Positions 1-8,308 of a stretch of DNA of 64,000 nt are shown here, in pieces. Source of the DNA: Alphaproteobacteria bacterium (GTDB lineage: Bacteria > Pseudomonadota > Alphaproteobacteria > MPNO01); assembly GCA_965117055.1 (NCBI GenBank), contig OZ220750.1:3501440-3565439 (forward strand). The letters are read 5' to 3'. Each line of letters opens with the position of its first letter. Position 1 is the stretch's first letter. The translations under genes and the position numbers were made by a program. The notes beneath the pieces are model-generated. The model was not told the DNA's origin. It saw only the letters and a program-made list of their open reading frames with translations, and made no database searches.

Positions 1-1
1 G

Positions 2-3000
2 GACTCCGATGCGGTGTCGGCGAGCACGTTGGCCGCCGTGAACCCCGCCACCGGCGTCACGGCGTCGAATGCGACACCGACATCGGTCGATCTTGCGTGG
101 GCGCTTCCTGCACAGCCCGTGGGCGTGACGGTGACCAGGGTTCTGCTGCTACAGCAGGTGGTGGGCGATTCTCGGACCAAGATTGTGCCACTCGCGGCCG
201 ACGCGACCTCGCACACGGTGACGGGGCTAAGCGCCAACACGTCGTACAGCTTCCGCATCGAGATCGTTACGAGCAGCGGGAGCGCGGAGTCGGATGCGGT
301 CTTGGCCGACACGCTGGTGGCGCCGAATGCCGCCACCGGGCTCACGGCGTCGAACGTGACGTATACGACGGTCGACCTATCGTGGACGTTGCCCGAGCAG
401 CCCGAGGGCGTGACCGTGAGCGCGGTGGAGGTGGTCCAGTTACTTGACTACGGGGAGGAAGCCACGGTGGCGACGCTTGCTGCCGACGTGATGTCGTACA
501 AGGTCACGGAACTGGCTGCCGGTACGGATCACTTCTTCCGTATCCGCCTTGTCACCAACAGAGGGACCGCACTTACGCTGGCGGTGAGCGCATCCACGTT
601 GGCGGGTCCGAATCCGCCCACGAACTTCACCGCATCGAACGAGACGGAAACGACGGTCGACCTCGCGTGGACGTTTCCCGCACAGCCCGACGGCGTGACT
701 GTGACCGGCGTTGAGGTACGCCAGGAAAAGGCAAACCCATACGTGGTGGATGAACACCTTACTCGCCCCACAACGACGGTGGCGACGCTTGCTGCCGACG
801 CAACCTCGTACACGGTGACGGGGCTGACCGAGGTAAGGCGCTACACCTATCGCATCCGGCTCATCACCAACGGCCAAGGGCATGCGGATTCGCAGCCCGT
901 GACCATCTCGAAAATCCCTAATCCAAGACCGCCGACCGGACTCGCAGCGTCGAACGCAACATCGTCGACGGTCGACCTCTCGTGGACGCTGCCCGAGCAG
1001 CCCGAGGGCGTAAGCGTACGCGGCATCAGGGTATGGCAGGAGGTGGATCAGGAACCCGAACCACGGCCGTCATCATCCCACTCACCAACGGCGTTTGATT
1101 TTCCACATACCGCATGGCTGTCATCAACGATGCTTGGTGCCGACACGACCTCGCACACGGTGACGGGACTGACACCGGAGACGGAATACCGTTTCAAAAT
1201 TTCGCTCGACCTGGATATCGACGGCGCCACGAATGTCGACGGCGGGGGCCCGGCTAACAGATGGTCGAAGCCGGTGGGGGTGACCACGCTGGCGGCCGCG
1301 GACCCCGCCACCGGGCTCACGGCGTCGAACCCGACGCAGACCACGGTCGATCTCGCGTGGACGTTGCCTACGCAGGCCACGGGTGTGACCGTTACCAGCG
1401 TTGAGGTGCAGCAGCAGGCGGCGGACCAGTCCTGGACCACTGCCGCGACGCTCGCCTCCGACGCGACCTCGCACACGGTGACAGGGCTGACCGCAGGGAC
1501 GTCGTACACTTTCCGCATTCGGCTCGTCACGAGCAGCGGGAACGCGGACTCCGAGCCTGTCGAGACGCAAACCTTGCAGACGCTGCTCGAGGCGAAGATG
1601 GCGGGCAGCGTGCCGCCGGCGCAGGGAAGAGATGGCCTGGAGTTTTCACTGTCCCGCTCGACAGGTGGTCGACCTGGCGGCTGCGCGGTTGAGGTGACGG
1701 TGGAGTTCCTCGACGAGGACGGCACCGCGGTTGCGGTGAATGGGCTGGCGGCCTCGGACTTCACGGCGGAGAACGGGCGCGTGGGCACGCCGGTGGCGGC
1801 CGCCGACGGCCTGTCCTGGATGGTGCCGGTGCGGGCGACGACGGACAGGCGGGGCTTCCTGCGCGTGCGCCTGCCGGCGACGGAGCGCTGGCGCGCGGAC
1901 GAGCAGGTGTTCCACAATCGCGGCGCCGGGGTGTGCGCGCCGGCCGCGCGCTGGGAGCTCGCGGACCTGCGGCTCTACGACCTTCGAATCTCCCCGAGCT
2001 TCAGAAGCACCACGACGGAGTACACGGATGAGACCATGGATGCGGACGCGGAGGTGGTGGCCGAGGCGGTCTACGCCGACGCGACGGTGACCATCGCGCC
2101 GGCCGACGCGGACGAGGACACCGACGGCCACCAGGTGGCGTTGCCGGTGGGCGAGACCGAGGTGACGGTCACGGTGACGCCCGGGGACGGCAGCGCGGCG
2201 CAGACCTACACGGTGGCGGTGACCCGCGAGGCGGCGGTGCGCGCGCTGACCGGCTTCGTGCTGGTGGACGCCTCGACGGACACGGACCTGGGCGCGGTGG
2301 AGAGCGGCGCCACGGTGACGGTGGCGCCGGGCGGCTCCTACGGCATCCGCGCGGAAGTCGACGAGGACGCGGAGGTGGGCAGCGTGACGCTGATGCTGCG
2401 CGGCCCGGGCGCGGACGGCGCGGAGCACAAGCAGACCGAGAACGCCGCGCCCTACTCGCTCTACGGCGATGCGGGGGGCGCCGAGCACGGCCGGGCGCTG
2501 GCGGCGGGGTCGTACATGCTGACGGCGACGGCGTACTCGGACCGGTACGGCGCGGGCCGGCTGCTGAACACGCTGGTCCGGCGGTTCAAGGTGGCGGAGG
2601 ATGCGGCGGCGCCGCCCTCCGCGGGGGTGCTGACCGGCTTCACGCTGGTCGACGTGTCGGACCAGTCGACGGTGGCGGCGCTCGTGGACGGCGCCGAGGT
2701 GGACCTCGGCGCGCGCTTCGCCGGGAGCTTCGGCATCCGGGCCGAGGTCGCGCCGAACGCGGCGGTGGGCAGCGTGGCGCTGTCGCTGTCGGGCGCGAAG
2801 ACGGTGTCGCGGAGGGAGAACATCGCGCCGTATTCGCTGTGGGGCGACGTGAACCGCGGGGCCGGCTCGGCGCTCCACGGCGAGGCGCTGCCGGCGGGGT
2901 CGTACACGCTGACGGCGACGGCCTATGCCGAGCGCCGCGCCAAGGGCGCGGTGCGGGGGACGCTCTCGGTGTCGTTCGACATCCTCAGCCCCCCGGCGCT

Positions 3001-4936
3001 CTCGGTGGCGGACGCGAGCGCCGAGGAAGGGACCGACGCGGCGCTGGAATTCGCGGTGACGCTCGACCGCGAGGCGGCGCATACGGTGACGGTGGCCTAT
3101 GCCACGTCGGACGGGACGGCGACGGCGGGGTCGGACTACACGGCGACCTCGGGCACGCTGAGCTTCGCCCCGGGCGAGGTGGAGAAGACGGTTTCGGTGC
3201 CGGTGCTGGTGGACGATGTCGACGAGGGCAGCGAGACGCTGACGCTGCGGCTTTCGAGCCCCTCGGGGGCGGTCATCGCGGACGGCGAGGCGACGGGCAC
3301 CATCACCAACGACGGTCCGATCCCCGAGGCGTGGCTGGCGCGCTTCGGTCGCACGGTGACGGGGCAGGTGCTCGACGCGGTCGAGGCGCGTCTGGCGGCG
3401 CCGCGCGAGGCGGGGGCGCAAGCCGCCCTCGCCGGCCAGGCGCTGCCGTCCTGGCGCGCGGACGGCCCGGCCGGGTCGGACACCAGGGCAGCGGCCAAGG
3501 CGGAGCAGGCCGAGTTGGAAGACCGCGCGGCGCTGGCGTCGATGACCGCGTGGCTGACACAGGCCGGGCGTGATCCCGGAAGGGTGTCCGGGGCAGGCGG
3601 CCAGGGCACGGCCTGGTTCGGAGCGGCTGGCGACGGGATGGGACGCGAGAAAGAGTCTCGAGCGCTGACGCACCGCGACCTGATGGTCGGCACGTCGTTT
3701 GCACTGACCGGCGGGTCGGCGGAGGGCGGCGGCTTCGCCTCGCTGTGGGGCCGGGGCTCGATCGCGGGCTTCGACGGGCGCGAGGGCGCGCTCACGGTGG
3801 ACGGCGAGGTCACCACCGGCCTGATTGGCGCCGACTGGGCGAGCGCTCCGGGGTCCGGGGCAGGCCGCTGGACGGCGGGACTTGCGCTCGGGCACTCCAC
3901 CGGCACGGGCGGTTGGCGCCGGGGCGGCGGCTGCGACCCCAACTGCGGCGGCAGCATCGACGCGGTGCTGACCGGCCTCTACCCCTATGCGGGGATCGAC
4001 CTGACGGAGCGCCTCACGCTGTGGGCGGCGGCCGGCTATGGCGCGGGCGAGGTGACGGTGACGCCGAAGGGCGAGCCCGGCCTGACCGCGGACCTCTCCA
4101 TGTCGATGGGCGCGGCCGGGCTGCGTAGCAAGGTGCTGCAGCCGGAAGACGGCGACGGCCTGGCGCTCGCGGTCAAGGGCGACGCCCGCTTCACCCGGAC
4201 GTCCTCGGACGCGGCGCGGGGCGAGGGCGGAAACCTGGCGGCCGCCGAGGCGGACGTGTGGCTGCTGCGCACCGGCGTCGAGGGCTCGCGGCGCTTCGCG
4301 CTGGGTCGTGCGGATAAGGGCGCGAGCGTGACGCCTTCGTTCGAGCTGGGCGTGCGGCGCGACGGCGGCGACGCGGAGACCGGCATGGGCGCGGACCTGG
4401 GCGGCGGGATTGCGTTTGCCGACCCGAAGAACGGCGTTGCGCTGGACATGAAGGCGCGGGGCCTGGTGGCGCACGAGTCGAAGGGCTTCCGGGAGTGGGG
4501 CGCGAGCCTCGCGGCCTCCTGGGATCCGCGGCCCACCACCGACCGGGGGTTGTCGCTCACGCTGCGCCAGAGCTGGGGCGCCTCGCCCTCCGGCGGCATG
4601 GACGCGCTGCTGAGCCGGGAAACGCTGGCGGGCCTCGCGGCGAACGACCCCGGATCGGGGTCCGGGGCAGGCGGGAAGTTCGAGGCGTCGAGCCGGCTGG
4701 AGGGCGAGATCGGCTATGGGCTGCCTGCGTTCGGCGGCGCCTTCACAAGCACGCCGAACGGCGGCTTCGGGCTGTCGGACGGCGGGGCGCGGGAGTGGCG
4801 CCTCGGCTGGCGCCTGACCTCGGCGATCAGGGGCGATCCCGGCTTCGAAGTCAGCCTGGATGCGACCCGCAGCGAGCCCGCCAATGACGAAGAGCCCGAG
4901 CACGGGGTGACGCTGAAGGCCGCGATCCGCTGGTAG
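2..4936 (+). CDS. Autotransporter adhesin, 5'-partial, with FN3-like repeats, a Calx-beta-like module and a C-terminal beta-barrel translocator
   Basis: The reading frame is open from base 2, so the gene starts upstream of the window. At least six ~110-aa repeats carry TTVDLSW(T/A)LP..P.GVTV and SYTVTGL.....Y.FRIR motifs (FN3-like). A Calx-beta-like segment reads DGTATAGSDY..TSGTLSFAPGE..KTVSVPV..D. The C-terminal ~300 aa is Gly/Ala-rich beta-strand sequence ending in the aromatic terminal motif ...TLKAAIRW. Confidence 0.85.
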   Translation, partial: DSDAVSASTLAAVNPATGVTASNATPTSVDLAWALPAQPVGVTVTRVLLLQQVVGDSRTKIVPLAADATSHTVTGLSANTSYSFRIEIVTSSGSAESDAVLADTLVAPNAATGLTASNVTYTTVDLSWTLPEQPEGVTVSAVEVVQLLDYGEEATVATLAADVMSYKVTELAAGTDHFFRIRLVTNRGTALTLAVSASTLAGPNPPTNFTASNETETTVDLAWTFPAQPDGVTVTGVEVRQEKANPYVVDEHLTRPTTTVATLAADATSYTVTGLTEVRRYTYRIRLITNGQGHADSQPVTISKIPNPRPPTGLAASNATSSTVDLSWTLPEQPEGVSVRGIRVWQEVDQEPEPRPSSSHSPTAFDFPHTAWLSSTMLGADTTSHTVTGLTPETEYRFKISLDLDIDGATNVDGGGPANRWSKPVGVTTLAAADPATGLTASNPTQTTVDLAWTLPTQATGVTVTSVEVQQQAADQSWTTAATLASDATSHTVTGLTAGTSYTFRIRLVTSSGNADSEPVETQTLQTLLEAKMAGSVPPAQGRDGLEFSLSRSTGGRPGGCAVEVTVEFLDEDGTAVAVNGLAASDFTAENGRVGTPVAAADGLSWMVPVRATTDRRGFLRVRLPATERWRADEQVFHNRGAGVCAPAARWELADLRLYDLRISPSFRSTTTEYTDETMDADAEVVAEAVYADATVTIAPADADEDTDGHQVALPVGETEVTVTVTPGDGSAAQTYTVAVTREAAVRALTGFVLVDASTDTDLGAVESGATVTVAPGGSYGIRAEVDEDAEVGSVTLMLRGPGADGAEHKQTENAAPYSLYGDAGGAEHGRALAAGSYMLTATAYSDRYGAGRLLNTLVRRFKVAEDAAAPPSAGVLTGFTLVDVSDQSTVAALVDGAEVDLGARFAGSFGIRAEVAPNAAVGSVALSLSGAKTVSRRENIAPYSLWGDVNRGAGSALHGEALPAGSYTLTATAYAERRAKGAVRGTLSVSFDILSPPALSVADASAEEGTDAALEFAVTLDREAAHTVTVAYATSDGTATAGSDYTATSGTLSFAPGEVEKTVSVPVLVDDVDEGSETLTLRLSSPSGAVIADGEATGTITNDGPIPEAWLARFGRTVTGQVLDAVEARLAAPREAGAQAALAGQALPSWRADGPAGSDTRAAAKAEQAELEDRAALASMTAWLTQAGRDPGRVSGAGGQGTAWFGAAGDGMGREKESRALTHRDLMVGTSFALTGGSAEGGGFASLWGRGSIAGFDGREGALTVDGEVTTGLIGADWASAPGSGAGRWTAGLALGHSTGTGGWRRGGGCDPNCGGSIDAVLTGLYPYAGIDLTERLTLWAAAGYGAGEVTVTPKGEPGLTADLSMSMGAAGLRSKVLQPEDGDGLALAVKGDARFTRTSSDAARGEGGNLAAAEADVWLLRTGVEGSRRFALGRADKGASVTPSFELGVRRDGGDAETGMGADLGGGIAFADPKNGVALDMKARGLVAHESKGFREWGASLAASWDPRPTTDRGLSLTLRQSWGASPSGGMDALLSRETLAGLAANDPGSGSGAGGKFEASSRLEGEIGYGLPAFGGAFTSTPNGGFGLSDGGAREWRLGWRLTSAIRGDPGFEVSLDATRSEPANDEEPEHGVTLKAAIRW
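14..1560 (+). repeat. Tandem ~330-bp coding repeats (FN3-like modules) inside the adhesin gene
   Basis: Recurrent DNA and protein blocks (gtcgatctcgcgtgg.../TTVDL[AS]W) occur with a period of about 110 codons. Confidence 0.6.
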
Positions 4937-5022
4937 CGGCGGCGACGGTGAAGACCGGCCGGGGCCGGCGCGAGCCGGTCGTCCGCCGCACGGATCGCGG
5001 CTGACGGGGCGTCCGCGCGGGC

Positions 5023-5556
5023 ATGCGCACGGAGGACGGTCCGCGGGCGTGGCAGATACTCCGGCGCCTCCCGGCCTACCGTGCGGCCTGGCGCCGGCGG
5101 CGGCCCCAGCCGGGCCTGCCCGAGCCCGCGCCCTTCCCGGTCCGGCTGCAGACCGCTTCCGACCTCGCCGCCGCGCGCTTCGGCATCCTCGCCTGGGAGG
5201 ACCCCTTCGCCGAGGACGGGCCGGCCTCGCCCTTCTGGCGCGTTGCGCCGGCATTGCCTGCGGCGGTCGGGCCGCGGGCGACGCCGCTGATCGGCGAAGC
5301 GGCAGCGGCCGGGCTCGCCGTCTCGGGCCTCAGGCTCGCCGACGGCAGCCTGGCGCTCAAGCTGGAGCGCGGCGACCGGGCGATTCAGCTGTCGGTCGGG
5401 CCGGGGACCGGCTTCGGGCCCGGCGACGGGGTGCTGGCATTGCACGACCTGCTGGAGGAGCCGCGGCTGTTCGTCGCCCGGCTGCGCGAGGCGCGGGCGC
5501 TTGCGGCCGGGCCGGCCCCTCCGGGGGGCGGGGGTCGGGGGATGCGGAATTGCTGA
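5023..5556 (+). CDS. DUF6499-like N-terminal part of a putative frameshift-fused ICE transcriptional activator (FseA-like)
   Basis: It carries a W..LRR.PAYRAAWRRR motif. The ORF ends at TGA 5554-5556, just after a G-rich tract at 5521-5541. The overlapping frame continues into a DUF2285-like C-terminus. Confidence 0.5.
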   Translation: MRTEDGPRAWQILRRLPAYRAAWRRRRPQPGLPEPAPFPVRLQTASDLAAARFGILAWEDPFAEDGPASPFWRVAPALPAAVGPRATPLIGEAAAAGLAVSGLRLADGSLALKLERGDRAIQLSVGPGTGFGPGDGVLALHDLLEEPRLFVARLREARALAAGPAPPGGGGRGMRNC

Positions 5557-5756
5557 AGGCGGTGGAGGGGCTGGCGGCGAAGAAGAAGCTGCCGCAGATC
5601 GCGCTCGACGTCTACGGAGCGGACAAGGTCGCGGACAGGGGGCTGCACTCCGACGGCGACCTGCGCGCCGCGGCGCGCCGTCTGGTCAGGAAGGCGCGCT
5701 TCCTGATGAAGGGCGGCTATCTCGACCTCGCCGCCGGGCGCCGCCCCCGCCTCTGA
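5538..5756 (+). CDS. DUF2285-like C-terminal part, in the -1 frame relative to 5023-5556
   Basis: The alternate frame reads ...GDAELLKAVEGLAAKKKLPQIALDVYGADKVADRGLHSDGDLRAAARRLVRKARFLMKGGYLDLAAGR and stops at 5756. Upstream in this frame there is only GC-rich, protein-unlike sequence, so the segment probably depends on the upstream ORF for translation. Confidence 0.45.
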   Translation, partial: GDAELLKAVEGLAAKKKLPQIALDVYGADKVADRGLHSDGDLRAAARRLVRKARFLMKGGYLDLAAGRRPRL

Positions 5757-6099
5757 CTCCGGCGCGCCGCGGCCGCCGGCGCGGTTCTCCCGTCGGGTCC
5801 TCCCGGAACGCCGCCGCGGGACGCGAGCCGCCCGCGCCGCTGCACACGCAGGATCTGTTCGACTCCGCGCCGTGCGGGACGACGACTCCGGACGCCATCT
5901 CCCGCCCCCGCCGGTCATGCGCCAGTCGCCGTCCGGCGGTGTGCGGCGGCGCGGGTCGCCGTCTGCGGGGGACGGTCTCGCGATTCTGAAATCGTCCCTC
6001 CCGGCGCCCTCCCTTCTCCGCTTCGATGGCCCCGATCGCGACCCGGCGCGGGCCGGGCGCAGGCGCCCCGCCCCGGGGCGGCGGAGAAAGGGAAACGCG
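5757..6099 (+). promoter_or_regulatory. Intergenic region upstream of the HTH gene and the tra operon, a likely promoter/operator
   Basis: It is a 340-bp non-coding gap between the regulator module and the first gene of the co-directional T4SS operon. Confidence 0.3.
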
Positions 6100-6321
6100 A
6101 TGACCGGGACGATCTATCTCAACACGCGCGAGGCGGCGGCCCATCTGGGACTGTCGACGCGCACGCTGGACCGCTACCGGGTGTCGGGCGACGGGCCGGT
6201 GTTCCTGAAGTTCGGCGGAAGGGTGCGCTATCTGCGCGAGGACCTGGACGACTGGGCCAGGACCAGGCGGCGCAAGTCGACTTCGGACGACGGCACGGCG
6301 CTCGACGGAGCGGGCCGGTGA
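6100..6321 (+). CDS. AlpA/MerR-like helix-turn-helix DNA-binding protein in the TraY/TraJ position
   Basis: It starts MTGTIYLNTREAAAHLGLSTRTLDRYRVSGDGPVFLKFGGRVRYLREDLDDWA, a typical excisionase/AlpA-family HTH. The ATG at 6100 is preceded by GGAGAAAGGGAAA, and the stop overlaps the next start (ATGA). Confidence 0.7.
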   Translation: MTGTIYLNTREAAAHLGLSTRTLDRYRVSGDGPVFLKFGGRVRYLREDLDDWARTRRRKSTSDDGTALDGAGR

Positions 6322-6635
6322 GGGTGCCGGCGATGCGAAGCGCGACCCTGCGCACGGCGGCCGTCCTGGCCCTCGGCGCGGCCGCCCTGACGGCCGGCGC
6401 GGATGCGGCGCTGGCGACCACCGACACCACCTTCGGCGATCCGCTGGACACGGTGGAAGGGATCGTCGGCGGCACCGGCGGCCAGCTCGCCGCGGCGCTC
6501 GCCGTGGGCGCCGCTTTGGTCGGCTCGGTGCTGCGCTTCAACGCCATGCAGCTCATGGGCGCGGTCGGCGTCGGCATCGCAGCCGGCGCCGGCACCGGCA
6601 TCGTCACCGGCCTGGTCGGCACGGCGATCGTCTGA
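6318..6635 (+). CDS. traA: Pilin-like small hydrophobic protein (TraA-like)
   Basis: It is 105 aa with a signal-like N-terminus followed by two Gly/Ala-rich hydrophobic segments. It is the first gene of an operon in F order. Confidence 0.6.
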   Translation: MRVPAMRSATLRTAAVLALGAAALTAGADAALATTDTTFGDPLDTVEGIVGGTGGQLAAALAVGAALVGSVLRFNAMQLMGAVGVGIAAGAGTGIVTGLVGTAIV

Positions 6636-6646
6636 CGGGGCGTCCG

Positions 6647-6940
6647 ATGAACGACACCGCCCGCCATACCATCCCGCGCCGGCTGGACGATCCGGAGCGC
6701 TGGCTGTTCTGGACCGTCGACGAGGCGGCGGCCCTGATGGGTCCGGCCCTGCTCGGCCTGGCCGCGAACCAGTTCGTGCCGGGGCTGGTCGCCGGCGTGG
6801 GCGGCTGGCTGCTGCTGCGCCGGGTCAAGCGGGGCGGCGGCGCCAACATCGCGCGCTACGCCCTCTACTGGTTCCTGCCGGACTTCGTGCTGCGACTGAA
6901 GGCGACGCCGCCCTCCCACCTCCGGCGCTTCGTCGGCTGA
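6647..6940 (+). CDS. traL: TraL-like T4SS protein
   Basis: It is 97 aa (F TraL is 91 aa) with a hydrophobic core, in the position after the pilin gene. Confidence 0.55.
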   Translation: MNDTARHTIPRRLDDPERWLFWTVDEAAALMGPALLGLAANQFVPGLVAGVGGWLLLRRVKRGGGANIARYALYWFLPDFVLRLKATPPSHLRRFVG

Positions 6941-6950
6941 GGCGGGAACG

Positions 6951-7523
6951 ATGCGGCGCATCGAAATGGACTCCGCCTTCCGCCGGGTGCGGGACGTCCG
7001 CCTGGCGCTGGCCGGGCTGCTGGTGTTGTCGATGGTGGCGAACCTGGCGCTCACCATGAGCTTCGCCGGGCGCGAGACCGTCACCGTGCTGGTGCCGGCC
7101 ACGGCGGGACCCGCCTGGGAAATCGCCGGCGGCGGCGCCGGCACGGGGCTGGCCCGGGCGCGGTATCTCGAAGACATGGCGCGCACGGTGGCCGTCACGC
7201 TGCTGACGCTGACGCCCGAGAACGCGAGCCACGTCCGTCTCGCGTCGGCGCGGATGAGCCACGCGTCGGCGCGCGGTGCGATCGGCGCCTGGGTCGAGGC
7301 CGAGGCCGCCCGCCTGGCCGGGCGCGACATGGCGAGCGCCTTCTATCCGCAAGAGATCGAGGCCGATCCCGAACGGCTCCGCGTCGAGATCGCGGGCGAG
7401 CTGGTGACCTGGATCGGCCGCGAGGAGTCCTCCCGCGAGGACCGGCGCTACCGGCTCGCCTTCCGCATCGACGCGGGACGGATCGGGCTGCTGCGCTTCG
7501 AACAGATGGAGAGTGGAAAATGA
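6951..7523 (+). CDS. traE: TraE-like T4SS protein
   Basis: It is 190 aa (F TraE is 188 aa) with an N-terminal TM segment (LALAGLLVLSMVANLAL), in the expected position. Confidence 0.6.
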   Translation: MRRIEMDSAFRRVRDVRLALAGLLVLSMVANLALTMSFAGRETVTVLVPATAGPAWEIAGGGAGTGLARARYLEDMARTVAVTLLTLTPENASHVRLASARMSHASARGAIGAWVEAEAARLAGRDMASAFYPQEIEADPERLRVEIAGELVTWIGREESSREDRRYRLAFRIDAGRIGLLRFEQMESGK

Positions 7524-8308
7524 CACATACCCTCCAGAGGCACGCGCTGGCGGCGCTGGCTGCCGCACTCCTCGTCTGCATCGGCGCTATTGCGGCGCCG
7601 GGGTCCGCGCTGGCGATGCAGGTCCTCGACGCGACCGACCATGCCGAGCTGGCGGCGGAAATCTCCGCCACCAACGTGAACCGGATCGCATTGGCGGGCG
7701 ACCGGATCGCGAAGGTGGTGCGCGCGCCGGACGGATATGCGGTCGAGCACGACGCCACCTCGGGCGACCTCTATCTGCGGCCCCTGGCACCGGCCTCTTC
7801 CGGAGATGCGGCGGGCGAACCGGTCACGCTGTTCATCGGCACCGAGAAGGGGTTCACCTACCGGCTGACCCTGACCCCGGCCGCCAGGGACTCGGCGCAG
7901 ATCCTGATCCGCAACGGCGAGACCCTGCCGAACGTCGCGAAGCGCAGGATCGGCGCCAGGGACAGCGCGCGCATTGCGGCGCTGATGCGGCTGGTGCGCG
8001 CCGTTGCCCGGCGGGAGCCGCTGCCCGGCCACGAAATCCGGGCGGCCACCGGTCCCGAGCTCGTCGGATTGACTTTCATCGAGACCTGGCGGGGTCCGCG
8101 CTTCTCGGCGCATGTCCTGGAAGCGGACCGCGATGTGCCGGAAGCCGCGCGCCTCGCCGGGACCATCGAGGGGCTCCCCGGCGTCGGGCGCACCGCGGAC
8201 GGCGCCCGTCTCGCTGCGCTCTGGCTGGCGGCGCCCGGCACCGGCCCCTCGGGCGGCCGTCTCGCCGTGGCTGTCGTGGAAACCGCCCCGGCGGGAGAGC
8301 CGCGATGA
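7520..8308 (+). CDS. traK: TraK-like (VirB9/secretin-like) T4SS protein
   Basis: It is 262 aa with a signal peptide and overlaps its neighbours by 4 nt, in the expected position. Confidence 0.6.
   Translation: MTHTLQRHALAALAAALLVCIGAIAAPGSALAMQVLDATDHAELAAEISATNVNRIALAGDRIAKVVRAPDGYAVEHDATSGDLYLRPLAPASSGDAAGEPVTLFIGTEKGFTYRLTLTPAARDSAQILIRNGETLPNVAKRRIGARDSARIAALMRLVRAVARREPLPGHEIRAATGPELVGLTFIETWRGPRFSAHVLEADRDVPEAARLAGTIEGLPGVGRTADGARLAALWLAAPGTGPSGGRLAVAVVETAPAGEPR

Noticed and set aside
14-1560. Tandem DNA repeats that might be mistaken for a CRISPR array or satellite
   Set aside because: The repeat units are about 330 bp, in frame, and encode FN3-like protein modules. There are no short direct repeats with unique spacers, and no CRISPR array was seen anywhere in the window.
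1646-5254. A 1202-aa ORF on the minus strand, with several other 100-250 aa ORFs, overlapping the adhesin gene
   Set aside because: It is Arg/Pro/Gly-rich nonsense, typical of antisense frames in about 70% GC DNA, and is fully contained in a well-supported repeat-protein gene on the other strand.
5049-5756. The full 235-aa ORF 5049-5756 taken as a single gene
   Set aside because: Its first ~170 aa are Arg/Ala/Gly-rich junk overlapping the protein-like 5023-5556 frame. Only the last ~70 aa look like real protein, hence the frameshift-fusion interpretation.
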